Below, piece by piece: positions 1 to 8,598 of a stretch of 58,577 bases of DNA (its first letter is position 1; every line of letters begins with the position of its first letter). A program made the position numbers and the translations under genes. This DNA is from Aggregatilineales bacterium (lineage in GTDB: Bacteria > Chloroflexota > Anaerolineae > Aggregatilineales > Phototrophicaceae): contig JARKOK010000176.1 in assembly GCA_029975765.1 (NCBI GenBank), positions 1 through 58,577 on the forward strand. The letters are read 5' to 3'. The notes beneath the pieces are model-generated. The model was not told where the DNA came from. It saw only the letters and a list, made by a program, of their open reading frames with translations, and did no database searches.

Positions 1-68
1 ATGCGGACGAACGTCCCCCGGTCGAATTTGCCCTGAAAATCTTCTTCCTCATAGTGGAAGTCCGACAC
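1..68 (-). CDS. 5' end of a probable second ABC exporter subunit (runs off the window)
   Basis: GTG at 68 preceded by AAAGGAG, overlapping the stop of the upstream ABC gene; reads MSDFHYEEEDFQGKFDRGTFVR. Product is inferred from context. Confidence 0.6.
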   Translation of the reverse strand, partial: MSDFHYEEEDFQGKFDRGTFVR

Positions 69-1878
69 TGGCGATCTCCTTTTCCAGTTCGTCTTCGATG
101 CGCGATTGCAGTTCATACACCCGGCGGTACATGCCGCCCTGGGCCAGTAGTTCGTCGTGTGTGCCGCGCTGGACGATATGCCCCTTGTCAAACACCAGAA
201 TCAGGTCGGCGTGCATTACGGTCTGGATGCGGTGCGCGATCACGAACGAGGTGCGCCCCTGCATCAGCCGCAGCAGCGCGCCGCGAATGCTGTCTTCGGT
301 CTCCGCGTCTACCGACGAGGTAGCGTCATCCAGAATCAGGATGCGCGGGTCTTTCAGTAGGGTGCGCGCCAGTACAACGCGCTGTTTCTGTCCGCCGGAC
401 AGCGTGACGCCGCGTTCGCCGACCAGCGTATTGTAGCCGTCGGGGAAGGTCATGATCACGTCATGAACCGCCGCCGCCTGCGCTGCCGCGATCACCTCAT
501 CGTCGGACACTTCGCGCCCGACGCCGTAGGTGATGTTTTCCCGAATCGTGCGCGAGAACAGGAATGGTTCCTGCTCCACCACGCCGATCTGCCCGCGCAG
601 GTACTTGCGCGGATAGTCGCGCAGTTCCACACCGTCAATCGTGATGCTGCCACTTTTATAGTCATAGAAACGCGGCAGCAGGCTGACGACCGAGGTTTTA
701 CCGGAACCGGTCGAACCGAGCAGCGCCACTGTTTGCCCCGGTTTGACGGTAAAGCTGATATTCTCCAGCACCGGCGTATCCGGCTCGTATTCAAAGGAGA
801 CGTTCGAGAACACGACTTCACCGCGCAGGCCGCCGGTCGGCTGATGCTGGCCTTCGGTCAATGGTTCGCGGGCTTCCCGCATGATCTCGCTCACCCGGTC
901 GAACGATACCAGGCCGGTAGACATATGCACGATCAGACGTCCCAGGTTACGGATCGGGTTGATGATGTTCATCAGCAGACCGGCGTAGGCCAGGTACGTG
1001 CCGATGGTGATGGTGCCGTCCATTACCAGAAATGCCGCGAGGGTATACCCGCCCAGAATTTGCGCGCCGCAGATAATGTCGGTGATCGGCCAGAAGCCGG
1101 AGTGCATCAGCATGAAATTTCTGCCGCGCCGGAACTTTTCGTAGTTGTCACCTTCGAACTTGTTGCGTTCGTACTCCTGCCGGGCGAAGGCTTTTACCAC
1201 GCGCACCCCGCTCAGGTTCTCTTGCAGGGTGGTGGACAGTTTTGCATCCTGCTCCTGGTAGGCTTCCCAGGCCTTGGACACGCGCCGGAAGAAAAACAGC
1301 GAGGCGATGATGATCGGCGGCAGCACCAGAATGGATACCAGCGCCAGCCCGACATGCAGCGACAGCAGCGCACCGAAGTTAATCACAAACAGGATGATGA
1401 TGCGTCCCACGCCAATCGCCTGCTCCGAGAAGAAGCGGCGGATGGTATCTACGTCCGATGTGCAGCGTTGAATCAGTTCACCCGTCTGCATCTTGTCATG
1501 ATAGGTGAACGTCAGATGCTGGATGTGGTCGAACATGTAGTTCCGCAGGCGCAGCGCCACACCTTCCGCCGTCTGCGCCGTCAGCCGCCCGCTGAAGAAG
1601 CTGAACGCGCCCTGCAGCAGCGCCAGCCCGACAAAGCCGAGCGCCACATAAGGCAGTACATTGTGCAGATCAGGCTGCTGCAGCGCCTCATCCACAAAAT
1701 AACGGATGAGCAGGAAGGACAGCATACTGAACAGCGACGCCAGCCCCAGGGTGGCAATCGCGCCGAAATACAACCAGCGGAAGCCGGTCATCATTCGCCA
1801 GAAGCCAACGAAACGGTTTTTGGTGACCGCATGTTTGAGGTCAAACTGATAGGCCTGTGCAGGTGGGTTCGAATTCAA
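49..1878 (-). CDS. ABC exporter, fused permease/ATP-binding subunit (MsbA/MdlA-like)
   Basis: N-terminal TM domain; Walker A GSTGSGKT, signature LSGGQKQR, Walker B LILDD (D in place of catalytic E, as in the degenerate half of heterodimeric exporters), H-loop IAHR. Confidence 0.93.
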   Translation of the reverse strand: MNSNPPAQAYQFDLKHAVTKNRFVGFWRMMTGFRWLYFGAIATLGLASLFSMLSFLLIRYFVDEALQQPDLHNVLPYVALGFVGLALLQGAFSFFSGRLTAQTAEGVALRLRNYMFDHIQHLTFTYHDKMQTGELIQRCTSDVDTIRRFFSEQAIGVGRIIILFVINFGALLSLHVGLALVSILVLPPIIIASLFFFRRVSKAWEAYQEQDAKLSTTLQENLSGVRVVKAFARQEYERNKFEGDNYEKFRRGRNFMLMHSGFWPITDIICGAQILGGYTLAAFLVMDGTITIGTYLAYAGLLMNIINPIRNLGRLIVHMSTGLVSFDRVSEIMREAREPLTEGQHQPTGGLRGEVVFSNVSFEYEPDTPVLENISFTVKPGQTVALLGSTGSGKTSVVSLLPRFYDYKSGSITIDGVELRDYPRKYLRGQIGVVEQEPFLFSRTIRENITYGVGREVSDDEVIAAAQAAAVHDVIMTFPDGYNTLVGERGVTLSGGQKQRVVLARTLLKDPRILILDDATSSVDAETEDSIRGALLRLMQGRTSFVIAHRIQTVMHADLILVFDKGHIVQRGTHDELLAQGGMYRRVYELQSRIEDELEKEIASVGLPL

Positions 1879-1989
1879 GTGATACCCCTCCAGGGGAACC
1901 TGTGCTCCTCCCCGATGACAGCAGTCCGGGGGCGGTTTCCCTTATCATGAACTGAAACGACAATCAACTGCTATAGGGAAAAATCCGGT

Positions 1990-2028
1990 CTAGGAGATGA
2001 ATGCTGCCTGTGGCGTGCTGTTGGACAT
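1990..2028 (-). CDS. putative 12-aa leader peptide (MSNSTPQAAFIS) upstream of the ABC exporter
   Basis: ATG at 2028 preceded by AGGAAAGG; TAG at 1990; lies between a sigma70 promoter and the ABC start. Confidence 0.45.
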   Translation of the reverse strand: MSNSTPQAAFIS

Positions 2029-2121
2029 CGAACCAGCCTTTCCTGCTGTTCACCGCTTAAGCGATGCTTACCCGGTTTTTGAGATGCGGCACTACGGCCA
2101 GTCATTGAGAGGCCATGAGAG

Positions 2122-2150
2122 ATCATAGCAGGTCATGACGTAAATGGCAA
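2122..2150 (-). promoter_or_regulatory. sigma70-type promoter for the ABC exporter operon
   Basis: TTGCCA-N17-TATGAT on the minus strand; the spacer contains the palindrome GTCATGAC. Confidence 0.6.
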
Positions 2151-2278
2151 GCCCTGCGCTGAAATTATGCACAAAATTCAAACAAACCGCTTATGCGGGT
2201 ACATGGGTTATTGTAACACAATTTTGCCGGATTACCGCTAGGTACTTAGAGGGGGCTTCACCTGTACAAACGTACAGG

Positions 2279-3469
2279 TTAAATCACGCCGATTTCCCGG
2301 TAGTGCTGGATCGCAGCCGTGTCTAATCCCACCACTTCCTGAAGTATTTCGTCCGTGTGCTGGCCGAGCGTGGGTGGGGGATAACGAATTCCGGCAGGAG
2401 TAGCCGAGAGCTGCGCCGGAGAACCAACCAGGTGCAGCGCCTCGCCAGCAGCGGTGGTAACGGTTTGAATCAGGCCGCGCGCCTGTACCTGCGGGTCATG
2501 CAGAATGGCCGCCACATCGTTGATCGGGCCGGCGGGGACGCCTGCCGCCAGCAGCGCCTCGACCCAGGCGGCTGCCGTCCGCCGGACGAAGGCGGCTTCC
2601 AGCATCGGAATCAACTCGGCGCGGTGCGTAACGCGGGCGGGGTTGGTGGCAAAACGGAGGTCGGCGGCCAGTTCCGGCTGGCCGATAATCGCGCACAGCG
2701 CGGCGAACTGCCGGTCATTACCCACGCCGACGGTAAAGGCGCCATCGCTGGCCTGAAAAATCTGGTACGGCACCAGGTTGGGATGCGCGTTGCCAAAACG
2801 TGCCGCCGGCCTGCCAGATACCAGCGTATTGCTGGCGACGTTCACCAGCGCGGCCAGTTGCGAGTCAAGCAGGGCAAGATCAATGTACTGGCCTTCGCCC
2901 GTGCGTTCGGCGTGGCGCAGCGCCGCCAGAATAGCCGACAGCGCGAACAGACCGGTGAACACGTCCGATACGGCCACACCGACTTTGTAGGGTTCGCCAT
3001 CTGCCGGGCCAGTGATGGACATCAGCCCGCTCATGGCCTGAATGATGAAATCGTAGCCGGGACGGTCAGCATACGGCCCGGTCTGACCAAAGCCGGTGAT
3101 TGAACAGTAGACCAGCGCGGGATTGACGGCGCGCAGCTCCTCGTAGCCCAGGCCAAAACCGGCCATCTGCCCGACCTTGAAGTTTTCGACCACGATCTGA
3201 CTTTTGGCCGCCAACTGCCGGGCGATGTGCTGGCCTTCGGGGGTTTTGAGGTTGAGTGTCAGACTGCGTTTGTTGCGGTTAACGCTCAGATAATACGCGC
3301 TCTGGTCGCCCAGCCAGGGCGGCCCCCACTGGCGGGTATCGTCACCCGTGTTGGGATTTTCGACTTTAATGACGTCTGCGCCCAGATCGCCCAGCAGCAT
3401 GGTGCAGACTGGCCCGGCCAGCACGCGTGAAAAATCCAGGACGCGCACTCCGGCCAGCGCGCCCGCCAT
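2279..3469 (-). CDS. CaiB/BaiF family (class III) CoA-transferase
   Basis: VRVLDFSRVLAGP, LGADVIKVE, NRNKRSLTLNLK, RPGYD motifs. Confidence 0.93.
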   Translation of the reverse strand: MAGALAGVRVLDFSRVLAGPVCTMLLGDLGADVIKVENPNTGDDTRQWGPPWLGDQSAYYLSVNRNKRSLTLNLKTPEGQHIARQLAAKSQIVVENFKVGQMAGFGLGYEELRAVNPALVYCSITGFGQTGPYADRPGYDFIIQAMSGLMSITGPADGEPYKVGVAVSDVFTGLFALSAILAALRHAERTGEGQYIDLALLDSQLAALVNVASNTLVSGRPAARFGNAHPNLVPYQIFQASDGAFTVGVGNDRQFAALCAIIGQPELAADLRFATNPARVTHRAELIPMLEAAFVRRTAAAWVEALLAAGVPAGPINDVAAILHDPQVQARGLIQTVTTAAGEALHLVGSPAQLSATPAGIRYPPPTLGQHTDEILQEVVGLDTAAIQHYREIGVI

Positions 3470-3472
3470 TGG

Positions 3473-4762
3473 TTAGTTGCCTGCCGAAACTGGCGCGGCG
3501 GGCGGCGCGACCAGTGTCTTGGTGCGCGGCTGGGGGTCGCGCACGACGAATTGCAGCAGGACAGCGGTTGCCAGCCCGCAGATCACGGCCACCGCAAAGG
3601 TGCTGTGGAAGCCAAAGGCGTCCGCCAGCCCACCGCCGATGATCGGCGCCAGCAGGGTAAACGGCGCGATCAGTGTGTTGGCGAGTCCGATGTACAGCGG
3701 CTTTTCCGACCCGGTGCCAAATTCCAGCGTGAATGACATGGCGATAGACCAGACAGCGGCATTGGAGAACCCGGCCAGGGCGAAGGCAGCGTACAACCAG
3801 CCAATTTCCGGCGCGAACCACGCCAGCGCCGCGCTGGCAGTCATCATCAGCGCGCCCCCGGCGTACACGGTGCGGTGTCCCCAGTGGTCACCGATCCAGC
3901 CCAGAACGGGGTTGGCAAACGCCTGCGCCAGCATCAGCAGCCCGGTGAGAAAACCGGCGGTTTCGGCAGTCATATCAAACTGCCGCACGGCGTACACCGT
4001 GTAGAAACTGATAGCGACCCAGGCGCCCTGGGACAGCATCCGCGCCAGAATATACCAGCGAAAGTTCTTGTCCTGCCGGAGAATCGCCAGCAGCCGCCGC
4101 CAGCCAATCTGCTGGTGTTCACTCGCCGCCGGCAGCGGGTGTTCTGGCTCGCGGGTAAGGGCGAGGAAAATGTAAGAAATCGCCATGAAGCCGCCGGTGA
4201 GCAGGAAACAGATGGCGAAGTTGTACGGCGATGGGACGGCGTACAGCAGAAATCCGGCGACAATGGCGCTGCCGCTGGCGAGCAGGTTCGCGGCGGCGGA
4301 CTGCGTGCCAAAAAAGGTGCCAATACGTTCTGCCGGCATGATCTTGCCGATCATGCTCTGCCAGGGGTTGGCCGTCAGTCCGCCGCCGAGGGAATGCCAT
4401 GCGATCAGCAGGAAGGCGAGGGGCAGGCTCCACTCCGCGCCCAGCGTGGGGACGAGCAGCGCCAGCAGCGCCAGCCCTAAAAACGGCCAGCGTTCGTGCA
4501 GCGTCATCCACATCACCATTGGTTTGTAGCGCCGCATCTGCGACACCCGCTCGGCGGTCAGCAGTTGGGGCAGATGCCAGCCAATCGTATGCAGCGAGGC
4601 GATCAGCCCGATCAGCAGCTTCGAGTCGGTCAGTGAATTAATGAATAATGGAATGATGGTGACGGTCGAGGCAAATCCCAGACCCAGACCAAAGAATGCG
4701 CCGTCCAGCACATTCACGGTGAAATTAAAGCGGGTGTGCCTGCGGATTTCCTGATGCCACAT
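3473..4762 (-). CDS. MFS transporter
   Basis: About 12 hydrophobic segments, GWIGDHWGHR motif A; start placed at ATG 4762 after GAGG. Confidence 0.88.
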   Translation of the reverse strand: MWHQEIRRHTRFNFTVNVLDGAFFGLGLGFASTVTIIPLFINSLTDSKLLIGLIASLHTIGWHLPQLLTAERVSQMRRYKPMVMWMTLHERWPFLGLALLALLVPTLGAEWSLPLAFLLIAWHSLGGGLTANPWQSMIGKIMPAERIGTFFGTQSAAANLLASGSAIVAGFLLYAVPSPYNFAICFLLTGGFMAISYIFLALTREPEHPLPAASEHQQIGWRRLLAILRQDKNFRWYILARMLSQGAWVAISFYTVYAVRQFDMTAETAGFLTGLLMLAQAFANPVLGWIGDHWGHRTVYAGGALMMTASAALAWFAPEIGWLYAAFALAGFSNAAVWSIAMSFTLEFGTGSEKPLYIGLANTLIAPFTLLAPIIGGGLADAFGFHSTFAVAVICGLATAVLLQFVVRDPQPRTKTLVAPPAAPVSAGN

Positions 4763-4939
4763 AGATGACCTCAACCTTGAATCGCCGCATTGTATCATTT
4801 CTTAATGCTCTGACAAGAGGGACACTGGTCTTAGTTGGCCTTACGCCAGTTAAACGTTTGCGGCAGCCAGGGCTTATGTACTTTATACAACCATCAGGGA
4901 CAAGGTATCCGAACTTTAGGAGTCGCCAGTACCCGCTAA

Positions 4940-4968
4940 TTGACTCTTCCGCCTGGATTCTATACACT
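4940..4968 (+). promoter_or_regulatory. sigma70-type promoter of the arg leader/operon
   Basis: TTGACT-N17-TACACT. Confidence 0.65.
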
Positions 4969-5002
4969 CCACTGTATCGTCAAAATGGTTAAGAAACATC
5001 CT

Positions 5003-5089
5003 ATGTCGGTTAAGGTTTATCATCGTTTTCCGCGCCGTCGCAGCCGCCGCCCGCCGACCCGTGAGGTCTGGTTGGGATTTTGGCGTTAG
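5003..5089 (+). CDS. Arg-rich leader peptide of the arg operon (MSVKVYHRFPRRRSRRPPTREVWLGFWR)
   Basis: Translated by hand; 8 of 28 codons are Arg, 5 of them within 6 consecutive codons; located between the promoter and a terminator directly upstream of argC. Confidence 0.75.
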   Translation: MSVKVYHRFPRRRSRRPPTREVWLGFWR

Positions 5090-5118
5090 GCGCATTTTCG
5101 CGACTCACGACCATCCCT

Positions 5119-5162
5119 CCCCCTGGCCTCACGAGTGAGCAGCCGGGGGGTTTTGTTTTTAT
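5119..5162 (+). terminator. intrinsic terminator (attenuator) in the argC leader
   Basis: Stem CCCCCTGGC (5119-5127) / GCCGGGGGG (5142-5150), inner CTCA/TGAG stem, followed by TTTTGTTTTTAT. Confidence 0.8.
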
Positions 5163-5213
5163 CGTCCGTTAACAGCACTGCGGCAGGCGTCGGTTAGTGA
5201 GGGAGTCAGGATT

Positions 5214-6215
5214 ATGCAGAACATTCGGGTGGGGGTCTACGGCGCGTCGGGTTACGCCGGGCAGGATTTGATCGAGATTTTGCGGCGGCATCCGGCGGTC
5301 GAACTGGTTTTTGCCACCTCCGGCAAGGAAGCCGGGCAGCCGGTGCCGGGCACGACGCTGCGGTATGTCGCGCCGGAAGCCGCGCCCCTGATCGGGATAG
5401 AGGCTGTGTTTCTGGCGCTGCCCCATCTGGCGTCCGCGCCGGTCGCCGCCAGCGCGCGGGCCGCCGGTGCGAAAGTGATTGACCTGTCGGCTGATCTGCG
5501 GCTGGATACACCGGAGGTCTACGAACAGTGGTACGGCCACGCCCATCCCAACCCCGAACTCCTGCCCACCCCTTACGGCCTGCCGGAAATCAACCGTGAC
5601 CGGATTCGTGGTCGGGCGGTGATTGCCGCGCCGGGGTGCTATCCGACGACGACGCTGCTGGGACTCTATCCGCTGCTGCGGGCGCGGGTCATCGAACCCG
5701 GCACGCCGATCATTGTGGATGCAAAGTCGGGTGTGTCCGGCGCGGGACGTGAGCCGAAGCCGCACCTGCACTTTGTCGAAGTCTTTGGCAATCTCTCACC
5801 GTACAGTCCGGGGCGGGTTCACCGGCACGTTGGCGAGATTGAGCAGGAAATCAGGAAACTGGACGATATGACCGGCCCGCTCATTTTCACACCCCATCTG
5901 CTGCCGGTGGATCGCGGTCTGATGGCAAGCATTTATGTGACTCTCAAACCCGACTTCGACAGCGCCGAGGCGCAGGTATTATATGAGGAAGTATACGCTA
6001 ACGAACCGCTGGTGATGGTGCTGCCGCCCGGCCAGCAGGCGGCGCTCAAACACGTTGTCCGCACGAACGGCGCGGCCATCAGCCTGACGCCGGTGCTGCC
6101 GCGTTACCTGCACATTACCAGCGTGACCGATAATCTGCGGAAGGGCGCGTCGGGGCAGGCGGTGCAGTGTTTTAACCTGATGTTCGATCTGCCAGAAACG
6201 ATGGGACTGCTGTAA
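5214..6215 (+). CDS. argC: N-acetyl-gamma-glutamyl-phosphate reductase
   Basis: GASGYAG, FLALPH, IDLSADLRL, PGCYPT, SGVSGAGR, DNLRKGASGQAVQ. Confidence 0.96.
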   Translation: MQNIRVGVYGASGYAGQDLIEILRRHPAVELVFATSGKEAGQPVPGTTLRYVAPEAAPLIGIEAVFLALPHLASAPVAASARAAGAKVIDLSADLRLDTPEVYEQWYGHAHPNPELLPTPYGLPEINRDRIRGRAVIAAPGCYPTTTLLGLYPLLRARVIEPGTPIIVDAKSGVSGAGREPKPHLHFVEVFGNLSPYSPGRVHRHVGEIEQEIRKLDDMTGPLIFTPHLLPVDRGLMASIYVTLKPDFDSAEAQVLYEEVYANEPLVMVLPPGQQAALKHVVRTNGAAISLTPVLPRYLHITSVTDNLRKGASGQAVQCFNLMFDLPETMGLL

Positions 6216-6218
6216 ATC

Positions 6219-7070
6219 ATGGGACTCAATCCAGAACTGGCGGCAGTCACCTTTGGCTTGCTGTCGGCGCTGTCGTGGGGCGCGGGTGACTTTAACGGCG
6301 GCCTGGCGACCCGTAAAACCAGCGTGGTGGGTGTTGTGTTTATATCCCATCTGGCTGGCTGGATATTACTGGCCGGGCTGGCGCTTATCACCGGCGAAGC
6401 CCTGCCGGCCGCCGCTGATATGATCTGGGGTGCTGTAGCCGGACTGGTCGGTCTGATTGGTCTGGTTGCGCTGTATCGGGCGCTGGCGTCGGGTCACATG
6501 GGTATTGCCGCGCCGGTATCCGGCGTGCTGACGGCGGCGCTGCCGGTCGTATTTAGTATTGGGACGCGCGGCCTGCCCCATGCGGCTCAACTGGTCGGAT
6601 TTGGCCTGGCGTTCCTCGCCATCTGGTTCGTGTCTTTTACTCGCACCGGCAGGCATGAAGCGGGCAATATCGGCATGGCGCTGCTGGCCGGCTGTGGTTT
6701 TGGCATCTTTTTTATTCTACTCGATCAGGTTCAGGCGGGCGCGGTGTTCTGGCCGCTGGTCGCGGCCCGGACGGTGACGACGACCGTGATGGCTGCCGTC
6801 CTGCTGGTAAACCGGCGCTCCAACCTGCTGCCAAACGGGCGCGGCCTGCTGGGGCTGGTTCTGCTCTCCAGCGTGCTGGATGCGGCGGGTAATGTGTTCT
6901 TTCTGGCGGCGGCACAGGCCGGACGGCTGGATATTGCGGCGGTTGTTTCATCCCTGTATCCGGCTTCGACCCTGCTGCTGGCGCGTTTCTTTCTCAAGGA
7001 AACCCTGTCACGGATGCAGTTGGCCGGTGTGCTGGTCGCTCTGGCCGCCATCGTATTGATTACCCTGTAA
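6219..7070 (+). CDS. EamA/DMT family transporter
   Basis: About 10 TM segments, SWGAGDF, SSLYPA, FLKETL motifs; 3 nt after the argC stop. Confidence 0.88.
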   Translation: MGLNPELAAVTFGLLSALSWGAGDFNGGLATRKTSVVGVVFISHLAGWILLAGLALITGEALPAAADMIWGAVAGLVGLIGLVALYRALASGHMGIAAPVSGVLTAALPVVFSIGTRGLPHAAQLVGFGLAFLAIWFVSFTRTGRHEAGNIGMALLAGCGFGIFFILLDQVQAGAVFWPLVAARTVTTTVMAAVLLVNRRSNLLPNGRGLLGLVLLSSVLDAAGNVFFLAAAQAGRLDIAAVVSSLYPASTLLLARFFLKETLSRMQLAGVLVALAAIVLITL

Positions 7071-7083
7071 AGGATTGTGGTTC

Positions 7084-7836
7084 ATGCCTCAACCGGTCGT
7101 GCTAAAAATTGGCGGAAATGAGATTGACGATCCGACATTTCTGGCGGCGCTGGCTCCGGCGCTGCGCAGCGTGCGCGCGCCGGTCATCATTGTTCACGGC
7201 GGCGGGCGGGAGATTTCAGCCTTGCAGCAGGTGATGGGTATCGAGCCGCGTTACCTGGACGGCGTGCGTGTGACCGATGCGCCGTCGCTGGCGGTGGTGG
7301 AGATGGTGCTGAGCGGTGCTGTCAACAAGCGGCTGGTGCGGCATTTGCTGGTGGGCGGGGTTGAGGCGCTGGGTGTCAGCGGCGTGGATCGGGGACTGGT
7401 GCGCGCCGAAAAGATGCCGCATCCAACCGAGGATATGGGTTTTACCGGGCGGGTCGTGGCCGTGCGGGGTGAGGTGCTGCACGAATGGCTGGGGCAGGGC
7501 GTGACGCCGGTCATATCACCGGTGTGTCTGGGCGACGGTACGAACTACAACGTGAATGCTGATCATGTGGCCGGGGCGGTGGCGGGGGCGACTGGCGCGG
7601 CGCGGGTGGTCTTTCTGACTAACGTGGCCGGCGTGCTGGTGAACGACCAGCTGGCAGAGACGCTAACACCGGAGCAGGCCGAGGCCTTCATCCGTGACGG
7701 CACGATTTTTGGCGGCATGATCCCGAAAGTGCGGACAGCCTTACGTGCCCTGGATGACGGCGTGCCGGAAGCCGTGATTACCCATCTGGCCGGGCTGGCG
7801 GCAGGGACAGGCACCGTGTTTCGATACACGGGATAA
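7084..7836 (+). CDS. argB: acetylglutamate kinase
   Basis: VLKIGG, VHGGG, RVTD, NVNAD, LTNVAGV, GGMIPKV. Confidence 0.95.
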   Translation: MPQPVVLKIGGNEIDDPTFLAALAPALRSVRAPVIIVHGGGREISALQQVMGIEPRYLDGVRVTDAPSLAVVEMVLSGAVNKRLVRHLLVGGVEALGVSGVDRGLVRAEKMPHPTEDMGFTGRVVAVRGEVLHEWLGQGVTPVISPVCLGDGTNYNVNADHVAGAVAGATGAARVVFLTNVAGVLVNDQLAETLTPEQAEAFIRDGTIFGGMIPKVRTALRALDDGVPEAVITHLAGLAAGTGTVFRYTG

Positions 7837-7939
7837 GGCCGGCTTTGTCCGGCTGAAGTGCCGCCAATCGCACATATATTCTATGATGGCTTTGCGTTAT
7901 AATACAACCGGTATAACGTAAGTGGAATGTATGTGGTAT

Positions 7940-8530
7940 ATGACAGATTATCCTGATGAAGCGGCGCTGGTAGACGAACTGTACGCGCTCATCCGGTATG
8001 TGTATCGCCGGAAACTGGCGGATGAGATCATTCAGGCGTTTGAGGATGCGTTTAAGACCCGGTCGGTCGAAGAACGGCGGGAGATTTGTGAACAGTGGAT
8101 AGACTTTTACCGCGCGCACCGTTACAAAAAGGCGATGCGCCGCCGCCGTCCGACCAGCCGGGAGCGGGTTACGCCGTGTTCGGCCTGTGGTTATCCGGTG
8201 TCGCACCGCCATCATCTGTGGGACGTGGCGACGCATGGCGAAAACCGGGTTACGGTGCAGTTGTGCGCCAACTGCCATGAGCTGCACCACCTGCTGTACA
8301 ACGTCCTGGCGCGGGACTCCGAGCACAGCCGCAAACTGGTGCTGCATGTGCTGGCTTCCGACCGGGTGCCGGCGCTGGCGGTACAGCAGCTGCTGGACTG
8401 GTGCCGCGCTATTATGCGTTATGAAGTTGAAAACGGCTGGCTGGAGGGGTACAAACTCTCTGACCAGTGGCTGGACGAAAAACTGAAGTGGAGCGAATAC
8501 CGGCGGCGAGTGGACAGCCGCGTATCATAG
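7940..8530 (+). CDS. hypothetical protein with HNH-like Zn-binding motif
   Basis: CSACG..HRHH..N..LCANCHELHH resembles an HNH nuclease core; TATAAT upstream near 7898. Confidence 0.6.
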   Translation: MTDYPDEAALVDELYALIRYVYRRKLADEIIQAFEDAFKTRSVEERREICEQWIDFYRAHRYKKAMRRRRPTSRERVTPCSACGYPVSHRHHLWDVATHGENRVTVQLCANCHELHHLLYNVLARDSEHSRKLVLHVLASDRVPALAVQQLLDWCRAIMRYEVENGWLEGYKLSDQWLDEKLKWSEYRRRVDSRVS

Positions 8531-8538
8531 GCGTTACC

Positions 8539-8567
8539 GCAGGGGAGGGTCTCAGACCCTCCGCTAC
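8539..8567. repeat. REP-like palindrome
   Basis: GCAGGGGAGGGTCTCAGACCCTCCGCTAC (GTAG-led on the minus strand). Confidence 0.6.
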
Positions 8568-8598
8568 ATACCAACCATAACGAGGAGCAGGGGGCAGC

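Noticed and set aside
463-1950. Long antisense ORFs (also 8419-9753, 11067-12200, 14057-15355, 26249-27343, 36712-38163, 38164-39603, 41671-42750)
   Set aside because: They shadow well-supported genes on the opposite strand, as expected from high-GC codon bias, and have no recognisable motifs
5090-5213. T-box or metabolite riboswitch in the argC leader
   Set aside because: No T-box sequence (GGTGGNACC) or stem I motifs; the leader-peptide model explains the elements
5212-5229. ARG box at the argC start (TATGCAGAACATTCG)
   Set aside because: Spacing and half-sites do not fit TGAAT-N4-ATTCA, and there is no tandem copy
7870-7883. LexA-like site upstream of the HNH-like gene (GCAC-ATAT-ATTC)
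   Set aside because: Two mismatches in the 8 core positions; too weak
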